64,000 bases of DNA from positions 234,749 to 298,748 of the forward strand of contig CAWGIE010000035.1 in assembly GCA_963822585.1 (NCBI GenBank). Direction: 5' to 3'. Each line of letters starts with the position of its first letter. Within the stretch, counting starts at the first letter, position 1. The translations under genes were made by a program, and so were the position numbers. The DNA is from an uncultured bacterium. Its GTDB lineage: Bacteria; Auribacterota; Erginobacteria; Erginobacterales; Erginobacteraceae. This document shows positions 1 through 9,711 of this stretch, piece after piece. The notes beneath the pieces were generated by a model, which worked only from the letters and a program-made list of their open reading frames with translations, made no database searches and was not told where the DNA came from.

Positions 1-1011
1 TGAACTTTGAAGCAGCACGCCGTCCTGGTTGTACTGAACGTTGGTCCAGTAAACCGACCAGAGCGACTGCTGGAAATCGGCGGTCAGGGTGAGTTTGTCT
101 TTAATCGGTTTGACCGCGACGCCGATGCCCCAGGTCGGGGGATGACGGAACTTATAGGTATTGTGGGTGTCTTCGGAGAGACCCATCAGGGTCAGGGTGG
201 CTGGAGGCCTTCCCGGTCATCGTGACCGTGGATCCGGTCCGGTAGACGCCGCCCAGGCTGATCATGTCCGACACCTGATAGAGGAGGCCGAGCATTTCCT
301 CCGCGCCAAATCCGTCGTCTTTAATGTCGAAGTCGTAGTGGTAATCAAGAATTCCCGAATTCTGGACGTCCTTGTCCACATCCCGTTCGAGCCGGTCGTA
401 AATGAGGGCCACTCCGGGCCCGACAAAAAGGCCGGGAACGATCTGTCGGGCGATGGTGAACTGAGTCTCGACGATGAGCGAGCTGCTGGAAGTTTTACCG
501 TAGATGATTCCCATCCCGTAAGGCATGGTGTCGTCCCAATCCGAGTAGTATCCCATCGGTGAATAAACGGCCACCCCCAGGGTAAACTCCGGGAAGGAGA
601 AATAGCATCCGGCACCCTGCGGCTGATAGAAGTGATAATTGGTTGAAGTCTTATCGAACTGATACGGCTCCACGCCGCTGTAATTGAGAAAAACGTCCTT
701 GGTGTATTGATAGCGTGCGTAGGTTTGGGGCGAAGGCGGGAGGTTGGCGAACGAGTTGCTGCCCCGGATGGTGACGTTCGGAGAGAGGAGGTCAATCCCA
801 ACCCCGTTGCCCTCCAGGGCTCGGGCCCTCCGCCCGGGTTCCAGTAACTGGCCGTCCAGTCGTCTGCCAGTCCGATGAATGCCCCGCCCATGGCGGCGGC
901 CCGGCTTCCCAGGCCTCCCCATTCATACCCGCCCGCATAGAGCGCCGGTGTCAGCAGGACGGAAACACCGGTCATGAGAACAACCAGACCCCACAATTTC
1001 GGTCGGTTCAT
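1..1011 (-). CDS. OmpP1/FadL-family outer-membrane transporter (3' end outside window; apparent frameshifts near 830 and 170)
   Basis: Signal peptide then AGGYEWGGLGSRAAAMGGAFIGLADDWTASYWNP, the typical FadL N-terminal hatch; continues in ORF 152..922 as beta-strand-like sequence. Confidence 0.8.
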
Positions 1012-1028
1012 TTCTCCTCCTTCCGGTT

Positions 1029-1085
1029 GAACCCGATTTATGCGTAAATCGGGTTAGTTTTGAACACTGACAACGAAGAAAAAAG
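1029..1085 (+). repeat. Hairpin AACCCGATTTA-TAAATCGGGTT plus tail; matches one end of the element at 31825-32115
   Basis: aacccgatttatgcgtaaatcgggttagttttgaacactgacaacgaagaaa aligns with the reverse complement of about 32060-32112. Confidence 0.7.
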
Positions 1086-1122
1086 CATACTAACAAGATC
1101 TCCTTTATACGACAAGAATATA

Positions 1123-1974
1123 TTATTCCGCTTTCAGAGAGGGCTCGGACCGTTCCGTGATCAGATCCGCTTCGATGACGACTTCCGGTGTCCCGGGCCC
1201 GCTCTCCGGTCCGGCGTAGCGGATCCAGTGATGAGGCGGTTCGGCGGCAAACCACAGGTAGATGGTCGGGGCCGCCAGTTTCCCCAGCCAGGTCATCACC
1301 CCCAGATCGGGGACCATCCGCAGCCGGTGGCAGGAGAAGGTGCCCGCCGCGGTGGTGACATCCTCTTTCCCGTCGTACTCGATCAGAAGGGAATATGCAT
1401 CGGGTTCGTCGGTGAGGATCTCGCAGGTCATTTCACCGCCCTCCTCTCCCGGCCGGGGGAAGGGGAACGAGCGCAGCAGCAGCCAGAGTTCCTGGGTATA
1501 TACCATCCGGGGTTCCAGGGGGAAGCGGTCGGTCCGGATGTCGCCGTCTCCGGCGGAGACGGTCTGGGTCCGCACCTCTCCCCGGTCGCGGTCAAATGTT
1601 ATCTCAAGAGTAGTGACAACTTCTTCCGCCTTATTCCGGATAATTTCCCGTGACCGGAGAGGCGAGAGTCTTCCTCCGGCGATCGTAAAACGGGACTCGA
1701 TCAGGCGGCATTCTTTCCGGTTTTCTTCACCGAAGATCCCCTCTTCCCGGTAGCTGACGGTGTAGCTGTCCGAAGGAGCATTCATCAGCGGCTCCACCCG
1801 CCGTTCCCCCTCCCAGCGAATCGCCTGGCTGTCCGCGAGCCGGCAGTGATACCGGACCAGTTCCCGGCCGCCGATTTCTATCCGTCCGATTTCATCGGCT
1901 CCAGATGTCGGAGGCGCCGTGATGATTGAGAAAAAGATAATAACCGGCAGAACCGGGCCAACAAAACTTTTCAT
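1123..1974 (-). CDS. Secreted hypothetical protein, DUF3108-like
   Basis: Signal peptide; C-terminal GKEDVTTAAGTFSCHRL...IYLWF motif typical of DUF3108-like proteins. Confidence 0.55.
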   Translation of the reverse strand: MKSFVGPVLPVIIFFSIITAPPTSGADEIGRIEIGGRELVRYHCRLADSQAIRWEGERRVEPLMNAPSDSYTVSYREEGIFGEENRKECRLIESRFTIAGGRLSPLRSREIIRNKAEEVVTTLEITFDRDRGEVRTQTVSAGDGDIRTDRFPLEPRMVYTQELWLLLRSFPFPRPGEEGGEMTCEILTDEPDAYSLLIEYDGKEDVTTAAGTFSCHRLRMVPDLGVMTWLGKLAAPTIYLWFAAEPPHHWIRYAGPESGPGTPEVVIEADLITERSEPSLKAE

Positions 1975-2045
1975 CTTTGTTTTTACTTGGTGTCTTAGTG
2001 TCTTGGTGGCAGAATTTATCAAGTAAGTTACTCTATCAATATGGC

Positions 2046-3041
2046 ATGAACGAAAAAAGAAAAATGATCGCGGTGACCGGCGCCTCCGGTCACCTGGGGG
2101 GAAACCTGGTCCGGGCCCTGCTGGACCGGGGAGAACGCGTCCGGGTCCTGGTTTACCGGGACGTAAGGGCGCTTGAGGGCCTCGACCTGGATATCGTGCG
2201 CGGTGATATTCTGGATCCCGATTCTCTCCGCCGGGGGTTTGCCGGGGTAAAGCTGGTCTATCACGCCGCGGCCCGGATCTCGATCACGGGGGACCGGACC
2301 GGCCTAATGCGCCGGACCAACGTCGAAGGGACCCGCAACGTGGTGGAGGCATGCCTCAGTTCGGGGGTGGAGCGGCTGATTCATTTCAGCTCCATTCACG
2401 CCCACTCCCCGCATCCGGCGGACGGTACCGTGGACGAGGCCCGGGCCCTGGCCCTGGATGAAGACGTCCCGGTTTACGATCGATCGAAGGCGCGGGGGGA
2501 GATGGAGATCGCCCGGGGGATACAAGACGGTCTCGACGCCGTCATTATCAATCCCACCGGCGTGATCGGCCCCCACGATTACAAGCCGTCGCGGATGGGA
2601 CAGGTCCTGCTGGATATCTGCCGCCGGAAACTCCCGGCCCTGATCGCGGGAGGTTATAACTGGGTCGACGTCCGCGATGTGGTGAGCATGGCCCTGGTTG
2701 CGGCAGCTCACGGCCGGTCCGGGGAGAAGTATCTGGCCTCGGGAGAATGGGTGAGTATCAAGGATATCGCCCTGCTGGCGGCCCAGGCCGCCGGCTGTTC
2801 GGTTCCCCGGCTGGTTACCCCGATGTGGATGGGGAGGGTGTCGGCGCCGGTGATTGCCGGCTGGGCCCGGCTGACGGGGACCAGGCCCCTCTTTACTCCG
2901 GAAGCGCTCCACGCGCTCCGTCACCATCGCCGCGTTTCCCACCGGAAAGCCGCCGCCGAACTGGGGTATCGTCCCCGGCCGATCGAGGAGACGGTGGGGG
3001 ATACGGTGGAATGGTTCAGGGAGAATGGGAGATTAGAGTAG
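2046..3041 (+). CDS. NAD-dependent epimerase/dehydratase (HpnA / 3-beta-HSD / DFR-like extended SDR)
   Basis: TGASGHLG Rossmann motif, YDRSK catalytic motif, INPTGVIGPHD, WVDVRDV. Confidence 0.85.
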   Translation: MNEKRKMIAVTGASGHLGGNLVRALLDRGERVRVLVYRDVRALEGLDLDIVRGDILDPDSLRRGFAGVKLVYHAAARISITGDRTGLMRRTNVEGTRNVVEACLSSGVERLIHFSSIHAHSPHPADGTVDEARALALDEDVPVYDRSKARGEMEIARGIQDGLDAVIINPTGVIGPHDYKPSRMGQVLLDICRRKLPALIAGGYNWVDVRDVVSMALVAAAHGRSGEKYLASGEWVSIKDIALLAAQAAGCSVPRLVTPMWMGRVSAPVIAGWARLTGTRPLFTPEALHALRHHRRVSHRKAAAELGYRPRPIEETVGDTVEWFRENGRLE

Positions 3042-3081
3042 TGTTTTGACCTGATATTCTGATCGAGCGGTATCCTTGCGG

Positions 3082-3266
3082 AAAATCCTAAATCCGAATA
3101 TCGAAATCCTAAATAAATTCAAAATCCAAAGGACCAAATGCTCAAAACACCTGTGTCGACCCCGGCATTTTTGTTTGGGATTTATGATTTTGGTTATTTG
3201 ATATTATTTAGAATTTCGTGCTTGGAAATTAGGATTTCAGAGCTTATGAGTTTTCGAATAAGCTCG
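3082..3266. repeat. Palindromic element of 7-bp periodic AAATCCT/AAATCCG units; related copy at 18639-18883
   Basis: aaatcctaaatccgaatatcgaaatcctaaat ... atttagaatttcgtgcttggaaattaggattt, ending in ttttcgaataagctc. Confidence 0.8.
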
Positions 3267-3268
3267 CA

Positions 3269-4468
3269 CTATTCCTTCACCCGGTATTCCTTCCCGGTCC
3301 AGAAGATGCCGCGTCCTTCCTCCAGGTAGATCCGCCCCTTCCACTTGATCCCCTTGCCGGCGATTCTCCGGTAGAGCATGTTGCCGGCGATGGCAACCAG
3401 CATCACGGCCGCCGCCGGATGGGTGAGAGCCCACCACCCTTTCACCCCGAGCAGCCGGTTGATCCGGAACCGGATGAAGACGATCAAAATCGCGGAGAAT
3501 GCCAGAAGCCCGGCCGAATAGGGATATCGTCCCCTGAAGAAAGGGAAGAGAAAAGGGAGGAGATTGAAGCCGAGGGCATAGAGGATTTCAGCGGGGACGA
3601 TCAGGATGTTGTTATTGGCCCCGCTCAGCAGGTAGCGGCTCCATCCTTCGAAACTCTCCCGGAACCCCCGGTACATCCGGACCTGGAGGGTCCGGGTGGC
3701 GATGACCAGGTGAGCGTTCAGGCCGAGGGCTTTCGCCTGTTCCATGAAAGCGACATCGTCGGGGATGGTGTTGTGGACGCTGGCCCATCTCCCGATCGTC
3801 TCGTAGGCATCCCGCCGGACCAGAAAGAAGGTGCCGCTGGCCCCGGCCCGCCGGCAGGTCGATCTGTTCAGAGATCGGGGAGGGAAGTAGTCCCAGAAGA
3901 GCCAGAAGATAAACGGCTGGAGAGTGTTCTCCCAGAAGCCCCGGCAGATCTGCCCGGGGAGGACGGTCAATACCGCGGCCCGGTTCCGGAGACAGTAAGC
4001 AAGCGCCGAGCGTAGATGGGCGGGATGGTGACGGGTGTCGGCGTCGGTGAAGACCAGCCACTCACCCCGCGATTCCGTGACCCCTTTTTCCTTGGCATAA
4101 ACAGGGCCGCTCCAGTCGGGAGGCGGATTCTCCGTATTTTTGATCAGGCGAATCCGGGGATCCGCGTCCCCCAGTCCCCGCACGATCTCCGCTGTTTTGT
4201 CCCGGGAGCGGTCGTCGACGACGATCATCTCCCAGTTGGGATAGGTCTGTTTCTGGAACGAACGGATGCAGTCTGCGATATTCCGCTCCTCATCCCGGAC
4301 CGCGATCACGATCGAGACCAGCGGTGATTCGGGGGTTTGCTCGGGAGCGGTCCCCAGGAAGGGGTCGACCCGGAAGCGATAAAAGAGGAGGATAAATTTG
4401 AAGAGCCAGTAAACGGCCAGGATCGCGCTGACTCCAAATACGACCCCTTCCTGTAAGAGGATATGCAT
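3269..4468 (-). CDS. Membrane GT2 glycosyltransferase (HpnB/CrtQ-like)
   Basis: VSIVIAVRDE, VVDDRSRD, FTDAD, IPDD, VRMYRG...EGW, WKGR; N- and C-terminal TM segments. Confidence 0.85.
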   Translation of the reverse strand: MHILLQEGVVFGVSAILAVYWLFKFILLFYRFRVDPFLGTAPEQTPESPLVSIVIAVRDEERNIADCIRSFQKQTYPNWEMIVVDDRSRDKTAEIVRGLGDADPRIRLIKNTENPPPDWSGPVYAKEKGVTESRGEWLVFTDADTRHHPAHLRSALAYCLRNRAAVLTVLPGQICRGFWENTLQPFIFWLFWDYFPPRSLNRSTCRRAGASGTFFLVRRDAYETIGRWASVHNTIPDDVAFMEQAKALGLNAHLVIATRTLQVRMYRGFRESFEGWSRYLLSGANNNILIVPAEILYALGFNLLPFLFPFFRGRYPYSAGLLAFSAILIVFIRFRINRLLGVKGWWALTHPAAAVMLVAIAGNMLYRRIAGKGIKWKGRIYLEEGRGIFWTGKEYRVKE

Positions 4469-4590
4469 GAAATTAATTAGCTCTCTGCGATCGCCAATAG
4501 ATATGTAAAATTATCTTTCATTCCGTGAAGGACTAACAGGAGACGGCGTATGTGTCATATTTCCTTGCCGGCGGCCCGGCTTGTTTTATG

Positions 4591-4685
4591 GCAAGCGAAG
4601 CGATCCTACAATTCCTGCAAAGAATGCCGAAGGCATTCTGATCCTACAAGCCCGGAAGCGAAGCGAAAGGGCGATACTACACTTC
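4591..4685. repeat. GTAG-type REP-like hairpin cluster; copies at 29281-29350 and 35309-35447
   Basis: Hairpins (agaatgccgaaggcattct etc.) each followed by gatcctac/gatactac, i.e. GTAG on the opposite strand. Confidence 0.65.
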
Positions 4686-4875
4686 CAAATTCCTTTTTTG
4701 AAATCCCGAAGCAGCAGCCCCGTATTGTATCACGTTCCTCCGATCTCACAATTGTAATCAGTGTTCATGTAATCAGGGTTCATATTTTTATTCACCGGTA
4801 TATCCCCATCTGTTACAGTGCCCCTGCTCAGCGAGCTTCGGCACGATCATCCGATCATTCACCCGGATCGCGCCG

Positions 4876-7638
4876 GTGATCCGAGGGGAGATCGGATCTC
4901 CGGCAACAGAAACCACTGCACACCAATCCGGAACGGCTCCATTGATACAGGACAGAATTCTTCAGTTCATCTACAACCTGGGACTCCGTCACGGGCGGGC
5001 GGTTATCCTGGCCATGGGGGTGATAACGCTTTTCTTCGCCGCATTCATCCCCCGGTTGACGATCTCGTCCTCCTATAATGAGCTGGTTTCCCCGGAAGAG
5101 CCCGAACAGGCCCGTTTTCTATCTTTTTTGGAAGAATTCGGCGCCGCCGGCGAACTGGTGGTTGTCCTGGAAGGAGATCCCGCGACACTTGTCTCCCGCG
5201 CCGATCTCTTCGCCGCCGCGATCAAGAGCGAGAAAAAATATGTCCAATCGGTTTTTTACCAGATCGAACTCGACGACCTGCTGAAACGGGCACCCTATTT
5301 TTTCCCGGAGGAGATGCTGGCGGATGGGCTGAAAGAAATTGACGACTACCGGCCCCTGATCGACGAGATCTCCCGGGTGAAAAGTCTCCCCTCCCTGTTG
5401 AGCCTGATCAACCGGGGACTTGCCGGCGAGATCCCCGGCATGGATGACCCGGGGATCGCCGCGACCGGGTTGACGATCCCGCGTCTGCTTTTCCGGGAAT
5501 GGCGCCGATTTCTGGAAGACCCCTCCCGGGAAGATATCGATTATAGCTCGATTCTGCGGGGGGGGAAGATCGCAGGGACGGAGATGATCGAATCCGGCGG
5601 TTACCTCCGTTCCCACGACGGCCGGTTGCTCTTTCTTTTTGTTCGTCCGGCCTCCCTTTCGGATGATATCACCTTTCTGGAACCGTTTGTCGGGTCCGTG
5701 AGACAGGCCTGTGACCGGGTGCTGGAAGAGAACCCCGCGCTGAAAGGCAAAGTCGCCGTGGCCTTCACCGGCATGCCGGCCCACGCCCTGACCGAAGTGC
5801 ATGCCATCAACTCCGACGTGGCCCGGTCGACCGCCATCTCGGTGCTCCTGGTGATCGCGGTCCTCATCTTCGGTTTCCGCTCGCTGAAAAAGATCCTCCT
5901 GGCGGTCATCCCCCTGGGCTGCGGGATGATCATCACCGTCCGGGCGATCTCGCTGACCATCGGCCACCTGAACCTGGTCAGCTCGTCTTTCCTGGCGGTC
6001 CTTTTCGGTATCGGGATCGATTTCGGCATCTATTTGATCCGGCGGACAGCCGAAGAGAGGGACCGGGGCAAGACGGAAGAAGAGGCGGTACGGATCGCGG
6101 TTACCGCCTCCGGGCGTTCCGTTCTGACCGGCGGTCTCACGACCGGCCTGGCCTTCCTGGCCGTCGGCTGGACCGACTTCGTCGGCTTCTCCGAGCTCGG
6201 CCTGACCGCCGGGATGGGCGTGCTCATCGTGCTTTTTTCCACCCTGCTCCTGCTGCCCGCGCTCTTGCTGGCCACCCGGATCCGGCCCGCTCATTATTCT
6301 CTGCGGCGGGCGCTGAAAGCAACCGCCCGTAAACGGGAACGTCTCTTTTTGACGCTGGTCGTGCTGGCGGCCGGGGCCGGCTGCGTTTTCGGAGTCTTCG
6401 CCGCTACCCGCCTGCATTTTGATTTCAACGCCCTGAAGCTGCTTCCTCCCGGGGCCGAGTCCACCATTTACCAGATCCGGATGCAGGAGGAGAGCGATTT
6501 CCAGATGACCTGCGCGGCGGTCACGGCCCCGGATCTCGCCCTGCTTCAGCGGCAGGTGGAACGCATCCGGGCACTCCCCACGGTCAGCCGGGTCGAATCG
6601 CTGGGCGACCTGATACCGGAAAAGCCGGCCGAGAAACAGCGGCTGATCGCCGCCTATCGCCCCTTTTTAGCCCGGGTCGAGATCGAGTTGGGCGCCCCCG
6701 CCGCGCCGCTCGGGACCTACCGTTCCCAACTTGACGCTCTCCGCGCCGGTTTGGAAAGCGTCCAGGAGGCCGCCTTCTCCGGCGGCCGCCCCGACCTGGT
6801 ATCCGCCGCCGAAGAGGATCTGAGCGAGCTTGATTCCCTGCGCAACGATCTCGACTCCGGCCAGGGAACCCGGGCGGCGGAACGTTCCCGGGCATTTGAA
6901 GAAGCGCTCTTCCAGGGGTTGAAAAAGCTCTCGACTCTCCTGCGGATATGGCTGGAAGAACCCCCGCCAACCGTTGACTCCCTCCCCCCGGAACTGGTAA
7001 GACGCTTTAAAAGCCCCCGGGGAAATTATGTCGCCTATGTCTTTCCCAGCGGTTCGATCTGGGATGTGGATTTTCTCGATCGTTTCGTTTCCGGCCTCAA
7101 GGAGATCGCCCCCGGGGCGACCGGTTTCCCGGTGACCCACCAGCTGACCTCCCGGGTCATGGTGAAAAGTCTGCTGCGGGCTCTTCTCTACGCTTTCGGC
7201 ATTATCGTGATCATGCTCCTGATCGATTTTAAGCGTCCGGGCCCGGTGTTGCTCTCCCTGATACCGTTGGCGGTAGGCATGCTCTGGGTCCAGGGCGCGA
7301 TGTATATCCTGGGCCGGAACTACGATTTCGCCTCGATGCCGGGGCTTCCTCTCCTGCTTGGCCTGGGGATCGTCTACGGCATCCATATCGTCCGCCGCTG
7401 GATGGAGCATCCGGAGATCACCGCTTTTGCCGCCACCGTGACCTCGGGGCGCGGGGTCGCCTTCGCCGCGCTGACCACCATGGCCAGCCTCTTCAGCCTG
7501 ATTTTTTCCCGTCATCAGGGTGTGGCGTCCTTCGGGATCATCATCCTGATCGGGATCGTGGCCACGCTGGTGGCCGCTCTTTACGTTTTGCCGGCGGTGA
7601 TTGACCTGCTACACTATAAGAAAATACATCATCCTTAA
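4876..7638 (+). CDS. MMPL/RND transporter, HpnN/BstA-like
   Basis: Two TM bundles with GIGIDFGIY and GLGIVYGIH motifs, large periplasmic loops, 920 aa. Confidence 0.9.
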   Translation: MIRGEIGSPATETTAHQSGTAPLIQDRILQFIYNLGLRHGRAVILAMGVITLFFAAFIPRLTISSSYNELVSPEEPEQARFLSFLEEFGAAGELVVVLEGDPATLVSRADLFAAAIKSEKKYVQSVFYQIELDDLLKRAPYFFPEEMLADGLKEIDDYRPLIDEISRVKSLPSLLSLINRGLAGEIPGMDDPGIAATGLTIPRLLFREWRRFLEDPSREDIDYSSILRGGKIAGTEMIESGGYLRSHDGRLLFLFVRPASLSDDITFLEPFVGSVRQACDRVLEENPALKGKVAVAFTGMPAHALTEVHAINSDVARSTAISVLLVIAVLIFGFRSLKKILLAVIPLGCGMIITVRAISLTIGHLNLVSSSFLAVLFGIGIDFGIYLIRRTAEERDRGKTEEEAVRIAVTASGRSVLTGGLTTGLAFLAVGWTDFVGFSELGLTAGMGVLIVLFSTLLLLPALLLATRIRPAHYSLRRALKATARKRERLFLTLVVLAAGAGCVFGVFAATRLHFDFNALKLLPPGAESTIYQIRMQEESDFQMTCAAVTAPDLALLQRQVERIRALPTVSRVESLGDLIPEKPAEKQRLIAAYRPFLARVEIELGAPAAPLGTYRSQLDALRAGLESVQEAAFSGGRPDLVSAAEEDLSELDSLRNDLDSGQGTRAAERSRAFEEALFQGLKKLSTLLRIWLEEPPPTVDSLPPELVRRFKSPRGNYVAYVFPSGSIWDVDFLDRFVSGLKEIAPGATGFPVTHQLTSRVMVKSLLRALLYAFGIIVIMLLIDFKRPGPVLLSLIPLAVGMLWVQGAMYILGRNYDFASMPGLPLLLGLGIVYGIHIVRRWMEHPEITAFAATVTSGRGVAFAALTTMASLFSLIFSRHQGVASFGIIILIGIVATLVAALYVLPAVIDLLHYKKIHHP

Positions 7639-7760
7639 CCTGGATTATTCATGAAAATTGAAAATTTTCATGAATAATCCAGGTTACTAATTGTTGTTCA
7701 ATGTATTATGAATAGCAATCTTGTTTATACGGCGACAGCACTCTGCTTTTTCTTCTCCAA
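7636..7760. repeat. Long hairpin plus tail, matching 31825-31945
   Basis: taacctggattattcatgaaaatt-gaa-aattttcatgaataatccaggtta followed by a homologous gttcaatgtatta...atacggc.acagca tail. Confidence 0.8.
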
Positions 7761-7780
7761 AACGGCAACATGAAAACATC

Positions 7781-8632
7781 ATGAAATATGTATATGCCGG
7801 CATTATTTTAGGAGTTCTTACGGCATTTATTTCTTCCTCTTCCGCGATCGCGGAAGAGGAAGAAATAAATGTGGTCATCATCTTCCCCGGAGGCCCCCCC
7901 CGGGAAAAGGTGGAGAAATACACCGATGAATTCACGGGCATCATCGCCGGGCATATGTCGCTCTCCCCGGGGGACGTCAAAGGACATTACTTCACCGATT
8001 ACCCGGCCGCCCTGGCTTTCCTGCAGGAAAACCCGGACGCTTTTATCATCAGCTCTCTCGGTTTTTTTCTCTCCCGGCGAAAAGCTCTTTCTCTCGTCCC
8101 CCTGGCGTCGGTCGAGATGACGGAGAATGCCGGAAACCGGTATTACCTGGTGGCAAAGAAGGGAACCGTCACCTCGCTGGAAGAGATGAAGGGGAAGACC
8201 ATCGCCGGGAGCGCCCTCTACGAAGACCCGGACTTCCTGAAAAAGGTCGTTTTCGCGGGGAGGCTCGATCCCCTCTCCGACCTGGCCCTGGAGCCGACTT
8301 CCCGGCCTCTCTCCGCGATCAGGAAGGCGGCCCGGGGGGAACTGGGCGGCGTGCTCCTGGACGATGTCCAGTACCACAGCCTCCAGGCGCTGCCCCTCTT
8401 CACGGAACTGGCCGTCGTCTACGAATCTCCCCCGCTCCCCCCGCTCGGTCTGATGATGACCGATACCCCGGCCGACAGAAACCGGGAAGAGAAATTGCTC
8501 GAATCCCTGACTACCCTGGGGGAGACCGACGCGGGAGCGGCGGCCTTCCGGTCGTTCGGCCTGAAGGGATTCTCGCGGATCGATCCGAGTTCCCTGGATG
8601 AAGTGATCCGGAAATATGAAGGAAGCGAATAA
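7781..8632 (+). CDS. PhnD/SsuA-fold periplasmic binding protein, BstB-like
   Basis: Signal peptide, YYLVAKKG..SLEEMKGKTIA motif; lies between the RND gene and a TPR lipoprotein with no ABC ATPase or permease. Confidence 0.7.
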   Translation: MKYVYAGIILGVLTAFISSSSAIAEEEEINVVIIFPGGPPREKVEKYTDEFTGIIAGHMSLSPGDVKGHYFTDYPAALAFLQENPDAFIISSLGFFLSRRKALSLVPLASVEMTENAGNRYYLVAKKGTVTSLEEMKGKTIAGSALYEDPDFLKKVVFAGRLDPLSDLALEPTSRPLSAIRKAARGELGGVLLDDVQYHSLQALPLFTELAVVYESPPLPPLGLMMTDTPADRNREEKLLESLTTLGETDAGAAAFRSFGLKGFSRIDPSSLDEVIRKYEGSE

Positions 8633-9440
8633 CCATCCCTGGGCGGTTCTGCCGGTTTTTCTCTTGCTCTTCCCGGCCGGCTGGCTGGTTGGCTGTGCTT
8701 CGATACCGCGGGAAAGTCCTCCGGCCCTGGTGGGGATGGAGGTGGAGACGCTCACCGATTCGCCGGATCCCGCCGAGATGGCGCGGATCGGGGCCCGGTA
8801 TGTCTCCTACGCGGCCCCCCGGGAGAAGCAGCTGGCCGCTTTCAAGCTCATCCAGCGGGCCTACCTGATGGATCGTAGCAGCCGGGAAACGGCGCTCCTG
8901 CTCGCCCGCAGCGCCCTGCTGCTCAGCGGACTGATGACCGATCAGGAAAGAAAAATGGAGGTGGTCCGGAAGGGATATGAGGCCGCGGCCATGGCGGGAG
9001 GGGAGGGGGATGAACCGGAAGCGGCCTATTACTTCGGCACCCTCCTCGGTCTTCTGATAGAGGAAGAAGGCCTCTCCGCCGCCGGCGAGGTGCCCCGGTT
9101 CGAAGAGGCCCTGGAAAGAGCGATGAAACAGCCGGAGACGGATCGGGGAGGACCGGTCCGGGTCCTGGGGATGCTCTATCTCCGGGCGCCGGCCTGGCCC
9201 GCCGGGGCGGGCGATCTGGAGAAGGCTCTCGAGTATCTCCAGCGGGCCGCCGAGGAATTTCCCGGCCATCCGGAGAACCACCTTTTTTACGCCTACGCCC
9301 TGGCCGAGGACGATCGTTCCCCGGAAGCGCTCAAAGAGTTGAACAGCGCCCGGGCCGCACTCTCGGCCGGAGAATGGGGCGATTACGCCCCCCGCTGGCG
9401 GGAAGAGATAGAAAAGTTTCGGGAAGAATTAGATCATTAG
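8616..9440 (+). CDS. TPR lipoprotein, TatT/BstC-like
   Basis: Lipobox LVGC; GGPVRVLGMLYLRAPAWPAGAGDLEKALEYL helical repeat; overlaps the upstream gene. Confidence 0.7.
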   Translation: MKEANNHPWAVLPVFLLLFPAGWLVGCASIPRESPPALVGMEVETLTDSPDPAEMARIGARYVSYAAPREKQLAAFKLIQRAYLMDRSSRETALLLARSALLLSGLMTDQERKMEVVRKGYEAAAMAGGEGDEPEAAYYFGTLLGLLIEEEGLSAAGEVPRFEEALERAMKQPETDRGGPVRVLGMLYLRAPAWPAGAGDLEKALEYLQRAAEEFPGHPENHLFYAYALAEDDRSPEALKELNSARAALSAGEWGDYAPRWREEIEKFREELDH

Positions 9441-9492
9441 ATTTTCGGTGAGAAGATATTTTGAAGATGGTACCTGGATCAACGATGTGATT

Positions 9493-9591
9493 AACCACGA
9501 AGGACACGAAGAACACGAAGATTCTTTAAAAAATAACCTGAATTTTGTTTTTGTTCAATTAACCTTCGTGTTCTTCGTGTCCTTCGTGGTT
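9493..9591. repeat. 9-bp periodic inverted repeat element (ACCACGAAGGACACGAAGAACACGAAG family)
   Basis: 28-bp arm and its exact reverse complement around an AT-rich spacer. Confidence 0.9.
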
Positions 9592-9711
9592 TCAATAAGT
9601 TTCACTTGATGAAATTCGTTTCCCGAACAGGATTTAATCAATTCGGTCTCGCCGGTGAGCCTTGAAATCTCCGCTTGGCGATTCGAGAATCAAGAAAGAG
9701 AGGAATACCGG

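Noticed and set aside
1029..7760. Composite transposon bounded by the two orphan hairpin ends
   Set aside because: Relative to the full element at 31825-32115 the two ends are in opposite orientations and do not enclose the intervening genes.
7781..8632. Phosphonate ABC transporter
   Set aside because: No phnC/phnE or any ABC ATPase or permease nearby; the context favours a BstB-like role.
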